Shown: positions 13,336 to 38,730, counted from the first letter of the stretch. The stretch is 64,000 bases of DNA from Chrysomallon squamiferum (GCA_012295275.1 CM022677.1:22382001-22446000); one strand, 5' to 3'. Made by a program: numbers and translations. Notes: generated by a model not told the origin, from the sequence alone.

Positions 13336-13944
13336 TTAATTGATAAATATCACTGAAGAAAATTCCAATCTTGGTGTTTTTTGGTCTTTTATACCTCATG
13401 TTAGAAACAAAATATCTCAATACATTTACTATTACCGTTCATTTGGTGCAAGTAACAATTGACTGCTAAAGAGAAAACTAAGCACACAGAAATGTGTTGG
13501 TATCCAATCCGTTCTCTGAGGCTGAACTTGCTGCTTTGTTTGTTCTCCTCTTTTATTTTACTATTATTTATTTATTTATCATATTATATAATTTTTCGTT
13601 TTTTATTTATTTTATTTTTTATTTTTCTCCTGTTTATGATCATCAATGACACAAAATTATTATTAAAATTATAATGTTCGTCATCAGTGTGGTTAACATA
13701 ATTCAACAGACAACTACAAACGGATCGACACAGACAAAACAGAGTGATGGACACACAGACAGATAGACAGACTATAGACACACATGAACGAGTAAACAGA
13801 GTTATAGTTATTTAATATTTAACTCAGCTGATCGTGAACAAACATCATATAATATTATGATAAATCAATAAATAATAGAAGAAAAAAAAGAAGAGGAGTA
13901 CAAACAAAGCAACAAGTTCAGCCTAAGAGAGACTGGAAATTAGT

Positions 13945-15662
<1,718 letters not shown>

Positions 15663-15712
15663 CTTTGTTGAGTTTTCTACTCACTCTGTTCTCCTGTTGT
15701 CATCGTAGACAC

Positions 15713-15719
15713 TTTTATA
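15713..15719 (-). promoter_or_regulatory. Candidate TATA box of the QPD lectin gene
   Basis: TATAAAA on the minus strand about 50 bp upstream of the ATG at 15662. Confidence 0.6.
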
Positions 15720-16069
15720 CAGTCAGTCTTGATTTGTATTTGTTTCCACATGAGTGAAGAATAAAGAACATATTTTGTAAAATACTTTTCCTCACCTGTT
15801 GCAACAAACCTTAAGTTCCACTTAATAGTCACAGATTCAATAATAAGGTTAATTTAAAATTACAACGACAACATCCACAAGGTGACTCACGTTATTTGCA
15901 TTTTTTTCTGAAAAGAGAAAAGGAAATATTGAAAGACCGGAACAGTGATTCATCGAGAGAACCAGCAGACGTGAACAATCAGCGTTCCACAACAGATCAC
16001 GTTACAAACACGTTCCCATTAACAAAAAACGCTTAATCACTTTTATTAAATTTTGTTTTCCTGTTTTCG

Positions 16070-16155
<86 letters not shown>

Positions 16156-16815
16156 TCAGTGTTTCTTTCATAAAATGTATATGTCTGTGTGTTTGTGTGT
16201 CTGTGAACTTCAGCTCCTGATTTTATTCACAGAAAAAAGAAAAAGAAACACTACTGCAACACTTAACCTAAGTTTGTTACAAACGAATTCAGCCCTATTC
16301 GTGACGTAGCCTGTTATGAAAATGGTAGAACTAGTTTTAACGAAATGCCGAGTAGTGACAGAATAATCGTGTGTAGTTTACTAATGTCATGAAGGGCTAA
16401 AAAGACAAATTCAGACAAAAAATCATCTGAAAGATTTTTAAATCATACTAATGTATTTCAAAATAAAGGAATAATGTAATAATCATTTTAGGAAATTGAG
16501 AATTAACGTCGCTAAATTACGTAATCGGAATGACGTCACTGGATACGTAACAAGCTCAGAAGCTACGAAAAGAGCAGTTGTAAATACACGCATTTTGTTT
16601 TTATATTTTCTTTCATTCTAATAATTGGATAATGGACTTGATGTCAATTTTGTTTATTTAGATTGCAAAATACTTCTTTTACTTAAAGATTATTACTTAA
16701 TACTTGGAGTCTGCGCTGATTTAGTCAAAAACAACAAAACAAAGTAAGTCGATTACTTTTTATTACTTTTCTATAGTTTTTACTGTTCTTCTTCTTCTTC
16801 TTGTTCTTCTTCTTC

Positions 16816-16873
<58 letters not shown>

Positions 16874-17914
16874 ATAAACTGAACTGAATACATGTACCTC
16901 ATATATTTTTATGAATCAAAATAAAATACTATAGTTATTATAGCTAATACTAGTATTACCACTGTTTAGTTCTTTTATTAATACTGTTAAAATAAGAACA
17001 ACAGCGACTACTACTACTACATCTGCTACAGCTATAACGAGTAGCATTCCTTCTATTTGTTTTTTTTTTAGAATAACAATATCAAACATCATTCTACTAA
17101 TATTCTACTAAATCAAGTGCAAGAAGAATAACATAACAACAAAAAAACCCAGTAATAACAATTCCCAGTTCTGTTATTTCCACTACTGTTATAGATATTA
17201 CTAATGTTTTTAAAAAAAAAAAAAAAATTTTTTTATTAGTACCACTAGTATTCAAACAAGAAAACCTACAATAAAACATTCTTCTATTACTACCAAAGCT
17301 TTTACTAATACTGCTGTAAGAAGACAACTACAACAAAATACTTGAGATCCCCCAAGAATCATAATCTGTACCAGATTTTAACAGTAAATAATTAAATAAA
17401 TATATAAATAAATAAACTCAGACATATTTAACACGGAAATGTATACTTTTATGTGTTAATGTTTGTTCATACATACAGTTTAAGAAAAAGGTGAAGTAAG
17501 TTTAAAACTAAAATGAAATCATGACAGAAGAATTTTATTTTTATCATAATATAATGTTTTATTGCACGTTTGGTTGATGGATTACACTGGATTATGTGCA
17601 AGTACAGACTCAATGTCATATAACTTTAAATGCAAAACTGGGAGCATTTGAAATGTTAAATCAAATTCTGTTTACCTAAAATATAAAATAATTTACTAAG
17701 TGTTAACGTCACAGTAATTCAGTAGAAGAAAGATAAATAAGTTAAAACCTACTTGGATATAGTAAATTAATGAATGAATGAATATATATATATATATATA
17801 TATAATACAACTGATTTTTTGTTTATTTATCTGTTCGTGTAAAGAAAGAAATGTCTGTTGACTTTCAACTTGAAAACAGTTAAGGCGAAACTAACTCAGC
17901 AGACAGTTTGAAGG

Positions 17915-19876
17915 TTACTTTCTACACAAAGTGAATATTTTTATTTTTCCAGTTTTTCTCTGCCCCACGTACAATTTGTTACCGTGACAACAGAGAGACG
18001 TAGGTTGGAACAGTTCATCCGGGTCAGTGATGATGTCACGTAGAACTTTTCCATTCCGTGACAACTGAACAACACAATTTCTTCTAAAATCACAAACCAA
18101 AACATTCCCCTCTCTGTCACACGTAACACCTGTCAAATCTTTCAGTCTGCCTGAATCACGTGACTCCCATTTGACGTCACCTGACGGCGTCACGCAAAAT
18201 AAACTGTTTACTTTTTTTCTCTTTGACACAACAATCAGACATTGATCGTGAACTGTGAGACGCGACGGGCTGGGGATCAAATCTCCTGATATAGAATTAA
18301 TGAGCTGACCACTGTCTGTCAGTATGTCCAAGTACTGACCACTATACAAACCAGTGACCGCGAGACGGTTGCCGGGTAACACAGCGACAAACCAATATCT
18401 TTTATTAGTACTAACACTTTTTATCAGTTTGAAATTTTCCAAAGTCAAAAATAATATTGCTTTTTCAAATGGCAGAGCAACAGCAATGACAACAAGACCA
18501 TGCTGATCACGTGATTCAGCAAGACCCCATGCTCGACAGAACGTCACGTGGTTGTTTATCATTGATTTTCTTTCTAAACAAAAACATTTTACACACTCAT
18601 TGTTCCAGTCACTGACTACAATCCTGTTGCTGTCCTCACCTGACACCAAGATGGAAACCAACAAAGGATTTTCTGTGTCTTCTACTATTTTAGTTTTGAT
18701 GGTCTCTGTGTGATTGAGGATGCCTTTAATCCTGTCTCTCCGTGTGTCTGTGTGAAATGTTTCCGTATTCTCGGTGTCTCTGTGTTTCAGTGTGTTTCTC
18801 AGTCTCTCTAGCTGTGTCTCTGTTTGGATGTCAGAGGTTATTTCTCCAATGTGGACTGAAATGGTTTTCTGATTTTGAGGTTTTCTCAGAATTATCCTTA
18901 ATTTCGATTTCTCAGTTTCTGAAGGAGATTTGGCCTGAAACTCGGAAATTATATTTTGAAATCTTGAGAATTTTGGAATATTAGTTTTAATATCAGATTC
19001 CGATCTACTTTTTATCAGTTCTTCACCGAGTCTGATCATTTTCTCGTTTTCATCAATCAGGTGTTTATGTTCAGTAAACAGTTCTTCTATTTCTGAGTCT
19101 ACAGTGATTTGAAATTTTTCTATTTCTTTTATTAGTCTGTCTTCCTCTTTATGGACAGCGTCTGTAAAATTGTTGATTAGTTTGTCACCAATCATTTTAA
19201 CCTCCTCGGCAGTGTTCACAATGTTGATGTCAACTTCTTGTCGAAGTTTCTCAGTCCTTTCATCCATCTCTGACTGAAGAATTTCTTTAAAGCTTTTCAG
19301 ACTCTCAGTAACAGACTTCAGAAATGAAATGTTATCTCCCTTTTCAGCTGAAATAAATAAATAAATAAATTAATTAATTAAACTTATAACTACTACTTCT
19401 GCTAATAATAATAATAATAATAATGAGAAAAGAATAACTAGCATTTCTGCTATTAATAATATATCTACGTTTATTTGAAGATTTATTTGTCAAATAAATT
19501 TTAAAATCTCAGTAGAAATCGGGTTAATACACAACATAAATATTATTAATTAAATAATCATTGTATCGAAACACAACACTGCTGACTCACCAGTCTTTGA
19601 ACGTTGTCTCTCATTAATAGAATCCACTAAAGCAATGTTTATAGGAAACTGAGCTGCCCATGTTTCCACTGGTTTCTTGGTGTCTGGTATCTGCACTTCT
19701 AGCTTGCAGAAAGGGCAGTTGATTTGTTTCTCGTTGTTTTGGTGATTTTTATTGATATAATCCTGTAGGCATTTCGAACAGAAGGAATGCCCGCAAAAAA
19801 GACAACGTGGATTCTTGAAAACATCCAGACAAAGACAACAAGATATTTTATCATCAGAACCTGATACTGTTGCCAT
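17915..19876 (-). CDS. RING (C3HC4) - coiled coil - NHL/beta-propeller protein, TRIM-NHL-like without B-box (copy 1, about 572 aa)
   Basis: Exon 19876-19591: MATVSGSDDKISCCLCLDVFKNPRCLFCGHSFCSKCL...CPFC. Phase-1 intron. Exon 19347-17915: helical region then NHL-type repeats (IVVSDWNNECVK; GVTCDREGNVLVCDFRRNCVVQLSRNGK). Confidence 0.9.
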
Positions 19877-19899
19877 ATCTAGGAAAATAATAATAATAA

Positions 19900-19930
<31 letters not shown>

Positions 19931-21383
19931 AAGAAGAAAACAAGACGAGAAGAAGAAGAAGAAAACAACAACATCCACAACAAAAATAATAATAATAATA
20001 ATAAAAACTATACCAATAAAACAAATTATTGAATAAATAATTAGTCAAACTTCGAACAGTACCGTAATTAATGTACCATGCAAATTATTTATTTATTTAT
20101 TTAGAAATAAATTAACTATTAGCGTCAATAACAAACATCCTAAATTTAGCTTTGTGACGTCACAATTTTTATTTACGACTGAAGACGCTTCTACTTTAAG
20201 TTGTCCACGCGAAATGGAAATAAATAATTAAAGTAAAAAAAAAAGAAATTTCAGTAAATACATGAAGCAAATTAACTAACTAACTGACTAAGTAAGTAAG
20301 TAAATAAATAAATAAATAAATCAAATCAAATCAAATAAATAATAATAAATAAAAAATTAATGATGATAATAATAATAATAATAATAATGATAATAATAAT
20401 AATAATATAAATAAATATTATTATTATTATTATAACAAGAGTAAGAAGACAACTACAACAAAATACTTGTGATCCCCCAAGAATCATAATCTGAGCGCAA
20501 CGAGATAGTTTCTCACGATAACATGACCCACATTTCTTTTCAAGCTGACCTTTGTTCAGTCTAACTCGAGCGATTGTGTGCAACAAAAGAAACGCCATTT
20601 TCATGAAAGTAGACAGCAAACAAATGACATTGCTGCTCAATGGAAAAGACAAATATTTTATTTACATCGAACTGATCATATTTTAATTTCAATGTTTTTC
20701 AGTCATGATTTATGACGTCAGAGGAAATTAAAGAAAAAAATGGACGGCATGTGACTTGTACAACCAGACATTACTTCCCTGTAGCCACTGAACGACAACT
20801 CTGCAATCTACCCAGTGCGTAAAATAAACATAAAAATATCTACGAACAATAATAACAACAACAAAAGTAATAATAATAATAATAATAATAGCCATAACGA
20901 TAATAGTAAAGTTTTTTACCTTTGTCTTAGGAAATCAAAAAATTTTCACATGAAAATATTTGTTGTGTTTTCGTCTGCAATCTCGACTTGTGACTGAAAT
21001 GTTTTTGTGCGGAGAAACCGGTTTTGACAGACACTCAGAGACAGGGAGATACCAACTGATAACTGAACAAGGGGTGCAACGTTTGTTTAGAGAAACAAAA
21101 TCTAGTGAAAAATTGATATTCCTATGCTAAAGTAAAGAGCAACAAAGAAAACGTAGTTATAAATATGTGTCATAATCTCTCATGCATGTGGTAATACTAG
21201 ACAGAGTCACTGGTTTGTAATAGGATACACAAAGATAAAACGTTTGCTCTCCCAGACTATATCGTGTTTAAACTTGAACAAACTGGCGGGTATCGTGTCT
21301 TTTTGATAAGATATAAAAATAAACCTCGTGAAAGAAAACAACTACAGGATATAAAGTGATCTTGTGCTTTTAGTCACGTACGC

Positions 21384-21431
<48 letters not shown>

Positions 21432-21748
21432 TCTCTTATGTAAGTACCGGCCCTGTCACCCTCCTCTGTAATTATTATGATTCGCCCGTTTTTCTCACAT
21501 CAGCTTGAACGTGCAGAGTAAAGAAGAGATGAAACAAGATTTCTAACACCCGGATTTAAAACACATATCTATAGATCTCAAGATGGGTATCCATTTTCAC
21601 ACCTAGTCACGTTTTCAAAACACTGGGTATTTTTTGCAGACTAACGTAAATTCAAAATGCAATAATACTCAGACTACATTTTATTTGTTTACTCATGTGT
21701 AACGTTTTCCTTCGTTGTGTGGCGCTCTTTCTTATTTCTCTCTCTCTG

Positions 21749-21854
<106 letters not shown>

Positions 21855-22281
21855 CAAAAGTAGAGGCAAGAACAAAACGCTGCACACTAAAGTGCTGATA
21901 AAAAAAATAGTAAGGTTTTGCAGTATTATTGAAATAAAATGTCATTTATTAATAAGTAAATTAAACAGTAGAACAAATAGTAATAGTTGTAACAGAATCA
22001 CAGTGTAAGAGTTAATTAATTAATTCATTCATTCATTCATTTTGTAAGCGATGACGTTTCATAGTTTTGTAAGAAATAAGTTCTCCTTAGTTTGAAAAGT
22101 TTAACTTTATGTGACGTCATTCAGTGTGTAAGAGATTTGTAAACTTATTTTAATAACTTTTTAATTCATGTTATTTCCCGATCTAGGAAGCTCTCAAGAC
22201 GTTTCACCATTATAATGTTTTCAGTGTTTCTGTTATATCGCTGTCAACGTGTCTGCGTGTCCAACTATCTTTGTGTCCAGC

Positions 22282-22955
22282 AGTTTCCACCGCACCAGTC
22301 CTGTCACTGTCCACCGTACCAGTCCTGTCACTTTCCACCGCACCAGTCCTGTCACTTTCCACCGCACCAGTCCTGTCACTTTCCACCGCACCAGTCCTGT
22401 CACTTTCCACCGCACCAGTCCTGTCACTTTCCACCGCACCAGTCCTGTCACTTTCCACCGCACCAGTCCTGTCACTGTCCACCGTACCAGTCCTGTCACT
22501 TTCTACCGCACCAGTCCTGTCACTTTCCACCGCACCAGTCCTGTCACTTTCCACCGCACCAGTCCTGTCACTGTCCACCGCACCAGTCCTGTCACTGTCC
22601 ACCGTACCAGTCCTGTCACTTTCCACCGCACCAGTCCTGTCACTTTCCACCGCACCAGTCCTGTCACTGTCCACCGTACCAGTCCTGTCACTTTCTACCG
22701 CACCAGTCCTGTCACTTTCCACCGCACCAGTCCTGTCACTGTCCACCGCACCAGTCCTGTCACTTTCCACCGCACCAGTCCTGTCACTTTCCACCGCACC
22801 AGTCCTGTCACTTTCCACCGCACCAGTCCTGTCACTTTCCACCGCACCAGTCCTGTCACTTTCCACCGCACCAGTCCTGTCACTGTCCACCGCACCAGTC
22901 CTGTCACTTTCCACCGTACCAGTCCTGTCACTTTCCACCGTACCAGTCCTGTAAC
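22282..22955. repeat. 24-bp GC-rich minisatellite, about 28 copies
   Basis: Unit ccaccgcaccagtcctgtcacttt with t/g and c/t variants. It produces spurious ORFs in all six frames. Confidence 0.97.
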
Positions 22956-23271
22956 TTTCTGTTTGCTTACTGTGAATCAGTCCCTTTTCTTAAACTAACT
23001 TCAATAATAAAGTTTTGAAACACGAGTCTAAGACCTGTAGTGATGTGTCCAATTTAATCTGTAGTCAGTTTTTTAATATCTTTTCTTTGTTTTAACTTAC
23101 CTAGTCTTTACTTTGTATTTATTTATTCGTTTATTTCTGTGTTTTCTCCACTTATTATCAACATCAAATCAACATATCACAAGTAATTAGTATATAACTT
23201 TACTTGTTTACTGATGTGTAAAAAATGTTTTCATTGTTTGCACGTATTACTGTGTGTGTGTGTGTTTGAAA

Positions 23272-23539
23272 GTTAGTTGTATTGTAAACTATTTTAGAAT
23301 GATGACGTCACAGTGATTATTTTTACCACTGAAATCTCATATCTCGCTGCTTATAGGTTGCGATGTATTAAAAAATTGAAACAAAATAGAACGTATGAAT
23401 GAAATTAAATAATCATAATAATAAAAACAAAACAAAATAAACGAATAAATATATATCGTTTTCATGTACTAACTTCAAAAGCCCAGTAAAATAAATACTG
23501 TGACGTCATCATTCTAAAATAGTTTACAATGCAACTAAC
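23272..23539. repeat. 43-bp inverted repeat with an about 180-bp spacer (MITE-like or foldback)
   Basis: 23272-23314 gttagttgtattgtaaactattttagaatgatgacgtcacagt is the reverse complement of 23497-23539 with one mismatch. Confidence 0.85.
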
Positions 23540-24344
23540 CAAATTAAAGAAAAGACGAGACACGGTTTCGAATTCCTGCATTTAAAACACGTGTTTACAG
23601 ATTTCAAGTGAGGTATCCAGTTTCGCATCTAGTCACGGTTTTGAAATATCAGTTACTAACTGTTTTTGGGGTTGTTTTTCTTTTGTACGTATGAATGAGG
23701 GAGGGGGTCAAATAGCATCCTTCATATCTGCGAACAGAACATTTTATACAGTAACAACAACAACAGCAACAACAATAATAAAATAATAATAATAATAATA
23801 ATAATAGCAATAATAGTAACAACGACAAACAACAACAACAACAACAACAACAATAATAATAATAATAGCAACAACGACAACACAACAACAACAACAACAA
23901 TAATAAAATAATACACTTTGTGTAAATTATAAAAGAAATTAAGAGACACATCCCGGAGAAAAGTATTATAATTCTAGCTTACGTGTTTTTTATTCTCTCT
24001 TTCTCTATATGTCTGTCTATGTTGTGTGTGTCTCTGTATATTAGATCGAAAACAACAGGAAAAGACACCATGCACTTATTTTTCTAAAGTGTTTTTTTTT
24101 TTAATAAAATAAAATAAAATGCAATGTTAAGGAGATAACGATCTAGCCATTCATTGTCCTCATCGTACTATATTAGGGGTCCTCAACAAAGAAGGGTCTG
24201 TGTAAATAAATTAATAAATAAATAAATAAATAAATTATGTTGCTCACTGTTTTGATTTTTCAATTCGTCTAAAGAAAGAAATGTCTGTCGACTTTTAACA
24301 CAAAAACAATTAAGGTGAAACAAACTTAGCAGACAGTTTGAAGT

Positions 24345-25702
24345 TTACTTTTTACACCAAGTAAATATTTGTAGTTCTCCGTTTAACTTTCCCACATACA
24401 GTTTGTTACCATGACAACAGACAGACCAAGGACTGGACAGTCCGTCCTGGTCAGTGGGGATGTCACGTAGAACTTTTCCATCCTGCGACAACTGAACAAC
24501 ACAATTTCTGCTAAAATCACAAACATAAATATTCCCCTCCATGTCACATGTAACACCTCTCAATGCTTTCAGTCTGTTTGAATCACGTGACTCCCATTTG
24601 ACGTCACCTGCTGGCGTCAAACACAATAAACTGTTTACATTTTCTTTCTCTGACACAATAATGAGACACTGATCATGAATTGTGAGACAAGAGGGTTCGA
24701 AGATCAAATCTGCTGACATAGAATTAATGAGCTGACCCGTGTCTGTCAGTATGTCTATTTCCTGACAACCAGTGACTGCGAGACGGTTGCCGGGTAACGC
24801 AGCAATATACCAGTACTCTTTTTTTGTTGCAATACTTTTGGTTATTTTGAAGTTTTCTGAATTTAAAAACAATATTTTATTTTCACGTGGCAGAACAACA
24901 AGAACAACAGCCTGCCGATCACGTGATTTAGCGAGACCGCACGGTGGAGAGGACGTTACAAGTTTTATCACTGATTTTCTTCTCAAAAACAAACATTTTA
25001 CACAGCTGTTGTCATAATCACTAAAAACTATTTTATTTTTGTCCTCACCAGACTCCAGGATAAAAACCAGCCAAGGTTTTTTGGTATCTTCTTTTGTTTT
25101 GGTGTTAATGGTTTCTGTGTGTTTGAGTGTGTCTGCTAGTCTGTCTATCTGTGTGTCTGATTGGATGCTTGTAGCAATTTCTCCAATGTGCACAGATATT
25201 TCTATGTTTTTCTCAGATTTTCTCAGATTTATCTTAAATTTAAATTTATCAACTTTTGAAAGAGATCTGGCCATAAACTCTGAAGTTGTGTTTTGAAGTT
25301 TGGTGAATTTTGAAATATTAACTTTAATATCAGACTCTGATTTTCTTTTTATCAAATCTTCACCAAGTTTGATCATTTTTACGTTTTCCTCAATCACACG
25401 TTTGTGATCAATAAATAATTCTTCTATTCGTGAATTTAGATTGTTCTGAGATTTTTCTATTTCTTTTATTAACCTGTCTTGTTCTTTGTGGACTGCGGCA
25501 GTAAAATCTGAGATTAGTGTGTCACCAATCCTTCTGACCTCTGCTGTAGTGTCCACGACTTTGATGTCGACGTCTTGTCGAAGTTTCTCAATCTTTTCAT
25601 CCATCTCTGACTGAAGAATTTCTCTAAAGGTTTTCAGACTGTCAGTAATAGAAGTGAGAAGTGAAATGTGACCTCCCTTTCCAGCTGAAATGAATAAGAA
25701 AA

Positions 25703-25769
<67 letters not shown>

Positions 25770-25786
25770 ATATAGCAATTAATAGT

Positions 25787-25825
<39 letters not shown>

Positions 25826-26307
25826 TGATGATGATAATAATGATAATAATAATAATGAGAAAAGTATAACTAGTATTACTATCATTAATTACATATCAGT
25901 AGAAAACTTTAGAGATAAATGATTCTCTATTTGTTTATGAGTCTGTTACGATGTTTAATACACGACATAAATATTGTTAGTTAAATAATCACTGTATCTA
26001 AACACAACACTTCTCACTCACAAATCTTTGAACGTTGCCTGTCATTAACAGATTCCACTAAAGAAATGTTTACAGGAAACTGATCTGTCCACATTTCCAC
26101 TGGTTTTGTTCTGTCTGGTACTTGAATGTTTTGCCTGCATAAGGGGCAGGTGATTTGGTTGTCGCTGCTTTGATAGTTTTTGTTAATGTAATCTTGTAGA
26201 CATTTCGTACAGAACGTGTGACCGCAAGATAAAACTCGCGGCTTCTTGAAGACATCCAGACAAAGACAACAAGAAATTTGATCTTCAGAACTTGAAGCTG
26301 TTGCCAT
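24345..26307 (-). CDS. RING - coiled coil - NHL protein, TRIM-NHL-like without B-box (copy 2, about 541 aa)
   Basis: Exon 26307-26022: MATASSSEDQISCCLCLDVFKKPRVLSCGHTFCTKCL...CPLC. Exon 25684-24345 carries NHL-type repeats (GVTCDMEGNIYVCDFSRNCVVQLSQDGK). Intron position and phase match copy 1. Confidence 0.9.
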
Positions 26308-26474
26308 ATCTGTGGAAAAAAAAAAAAAAAAAAAAAAAATACTACTAATAATAATAGCTACATCAACAACAAAACAACAATAGTATTTATAATTATAATT
26401 AAATAAGTAACTAAATATATAAATAAATAAAATTAATAAATACAAATATAAAAACAGCAATAGGGAAGAAAAAT

Positions 26475-26661
<187 letters not shown>

Positions 26662-27915
26662 CAACAAAAATAAAACAAAATGGAGTTCTTACCAGGTTGG
26701 ATATTTTCTAACAAGAAGATGTCAATCAGGCTGTGTTGTTGTTGTGGAAACCAGTTTTCAGTTCTATGAGACAAACACACAGGTACGTGATCTAATATAC
26801 CCGCTTGAAGAGAACTTTGACCATCTCGTGATGGAGACAAAACTCAGGTGAGGTTTACCAGTTTCAAACCATAGCCTTACTTAGTAAACTGATAATTATA
26901 TACGTCAATTAAATAAAACAGCAAGGTCCGGTTTTGTTTATATAAAGGGTGGGGTATGGCATTTATACATTTACTTGTCTGTAGCTACTACTACTACTAC
27001 TACTACTACTGCTACTACTACTACTACAGCTACTAGTATTACTAGTGCTACTAGTATTACCGTTGTTAGTTGTACTAATGCTACAGTTGTTAATATTACT
27101 CAGTTTGCTACAGATTTACTACTAGAACAACTACTACTACTATTACTATTGATATTACTAGTCTTACTGCTACTACTGCTAATATTAAATTTACTACCTC
27201 ACTGATCATGCTAACGAGTACAAATACTATTTAATTATGACATTTTACATTTTGTAAGTCTTCTGTTTCATTAGAAATCTTGAACATTATGTGACGTCAT
27301 TGCGTGCAATCATTAAAAAGTAAAACAGCTATTTTAATAACTGATCTGATATATTATCACGACATTTTACCATTATAATGTTTTCAGTGTTACAGTTATA
27401 TTTCTATCGATGTGTCTGTCTGTCTAATTATCCTTCTATATTTATGAAACTCAAACAAAAAATTAAATCACCATTAACTGTTTACAAATCTCAGTACTGG
27501 CCCTGTCGCCCTCCTCTGTGATTTTTGTTGATCACTTACATCTCTCAAAATAACTAAAACGTGCACAGTAAAGAAGAAACCAGATCTCTGACACCTGGAC
27601 TTAAAACTCGAGTCTAAGATTTCCAGTGAGGCATCCAGTTTCACATCTAGTCACGTTTTTCAAAACATCGGGTATTTCTTAAGCCTAACGTAAATTCAGT
27701 ATACAATAGTAATCATGCTGCTTTTTATTTGTTTACTCGCGTGCAATTTTATTCATAAATGTTTTACATTACTTAACATTAACTTCGATTTACTATACAT
27801 TTAAAAATAAGTATTTACTTGTGTACTGAAGTGTATCATTTTCTTTCGTTTCTGACACGTTTCCCTTCACTGCATATTTACACAGCACACCAAAGATAGT
27901 AACAGTAGTAAGCTA

Positions 27916-28217
27916 CCGGATCAATTATCCAGAAAACCGGAAGTGTTTTCCCGACGCTATTTTCATACTTTGAGCGCGCGGGTGTTGTTCTCACCAGACA
28001 GTAACTACTCTTTCAAGCCGCGTGGCGTTCATTCACTCGCCGCATTGTTTACGTGTCGAGTCGCCACAGTTGTGTATCGTCAGTTATCTTTATGGTTTTA
28101 ATTGTAAAACGTGTATGCCTAATTATTTACGTATTTAGATACTTTGGTACCAGAAAACCTGAAAATCCAGAAATCTGGAATGCCTCGGGCCCCAAGAAGT
28201 CCGAATAATTGGTCCTG
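27916..28217. mobile_element. About 300-bp non-autonomous Tc1/mariner-pogo-type element (MITE)
   Basis: Flanked by TA on both sides (27914-15, 28218-19). Imperfect TIRs: ta-ccggatcaattatccag versus the reverse complement of ccgaataattggtcctg-ta (15/19 including TA). The interior is more CpG-rich than the flanks. Confidence 0.55.
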
Positions 28218-29080
28218 TAGAGTCACTAATTCATTGTGTAAACGGTCACATTTACAGATTTTGCAGAAATGTTTTGAAAACTTTAACATTATGTGACGTG
28301 ACGTGCGATCATAAAAGTGTAAAAGGTTTGCAAAGTTATTTTAATAACTGTTTAATTAATACTATTTCCCGATCTAAGAAACTGTCAAGAATTTACCATT
28401 ATTATGTTTCCAGTGTTGCTGTTCGATCTCTGGCGATTTGTCTTTCTATATTTATAAGTATAGAACTAAAACATTTTTATTTTTATTTTATTTTTATCAT
28501 TTTGTTTTTCTCCTTTAATTTCTACAAGTCTCAGTACCGGCCCTGTCACCATCCTCTGTGACTATTGTGAATCAGTCCCTTGTTTAGACTAACTTGAACG
28601 TGCATAACAAACAAAAGAAGAAACATGATCTCTAACACCCGGATTTAAAAGACGTATCTGCAGATCTGCAGTCACCTATCAAATTTAGTATCCAGTCACG
28701 TTTTGAAAACATCCGCCATTTTTAAAGACTAACGCAGATTCAATATACAATAATAGTCAGACTATTATTTGTTAGTGTACACACATGAATGCGATAATGA
28801 AAACATAAATAAATAAATAAATAAATAAATAAATACTGTTATTTTTATTACTTGTTGTTATTATTGTTGTCTTTGTTTGGTTATTAAAGTAGACAAAAAC
28901 TATTTAATAGTATTATGATATTGATCTTACTTTTTTCAGTAAACGTTTTAAAGAAAAATAAGAAGAATATTGAGTAAAGAAAACGTCTTTATTACATACA
29001 TATTAGTAATATATACATACATAACATATATATTGATATATACACACACATATATATATATATATACACTGAATAACACA

Positions 29081-29135
<55 letters not shown>

Positions 29136-29271
29136 AAGAAATATAAAAATGTTCATTTTATTCTTCCTTCTGCTCTCAGAATTAATAAAAAAATATATAT
29201 TTATTTAATCCTTATTACTATAATTATTATTATTACTACTACTACTACTACTACTACTACTATTATTATTA

Positions 29272-29339
<68 letters not shown>

Positions 29340-29568
29340 TATTTATTTATTTTTATTTTATTTTATATTTTTCATTTTAAAACGTTTTCTTTAAAATAAC
29401 TATATATTTCCACACCCTTCCGTTTTCTGTATATAATTTTTACACAGATTTCAAATGCTCTGACGTTATCTCTTTACGCCGAGCGACGTAACTTAGTGAT
29501 TAGTGATTAGTGATCAAACGTAAGTCACTGTTAGAAAACGAGTAGGTCGGATCCGCGTGCAAATAATT

Positions 29569-38279
<8,711 letters not shown>

Positions 38280-38730
38280 CTGAAACACAAACAAAACAGA
38301 TTTAAACAAATGTAAACGCCTCGTGGACGGAACTGGAAAACACGTGTGAAAAGTTGTAACTGCTGGGTGTGAATTAACAGAGCGAAATCACGTGACTGGT
38401 TAAAACTGCACCAGTCAGACTCGTCACGGAAATGTTAAACATTCTCACACTTTTATACTGCAGAGCTTTTCTTTGAGAGCAAAATCAGTTTTAACCAACT
38501 TTAATACGTTTTCTATTTAAATAATGAAAATTATCAAAAATACGCGTAGAATCATAATAACTATGTCAATGATGATGATTAATAATAATAATAATAATAA
38601 TAATAATTAGAAGAAGAAGAAGAAGAAGAAGAAGAAGAAGAAGAAGAAGAAGAAGAAGAAGAAGAAGAAGAAAAATGAACAATAAAATAAATAAATAAAC
38701 AATGAAATAAATAAATAAAACAATATTTCT

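Noticed and set aside
17336-20492. About 38-bp direct repeat (caacaaaatacttg.gatcccccaagaatcataatctg) on both sides of the TRIM-like copy 1 coding region, possibly a retroposition TSD
   Set aside because: The gene keeps its intron and the repeat is too long for a typical TSD. It is more likely a remnant of local duplication.
22210-23018. Long ORFs in all six frames (ESDRTGAV, HRTSPVTF, STAPVLSL repeats)
   Set aside because: They result from a 24-bp minisatellite that is almost stop-free. There is no gene context, and the array sits inside a non-coding dispersed element.
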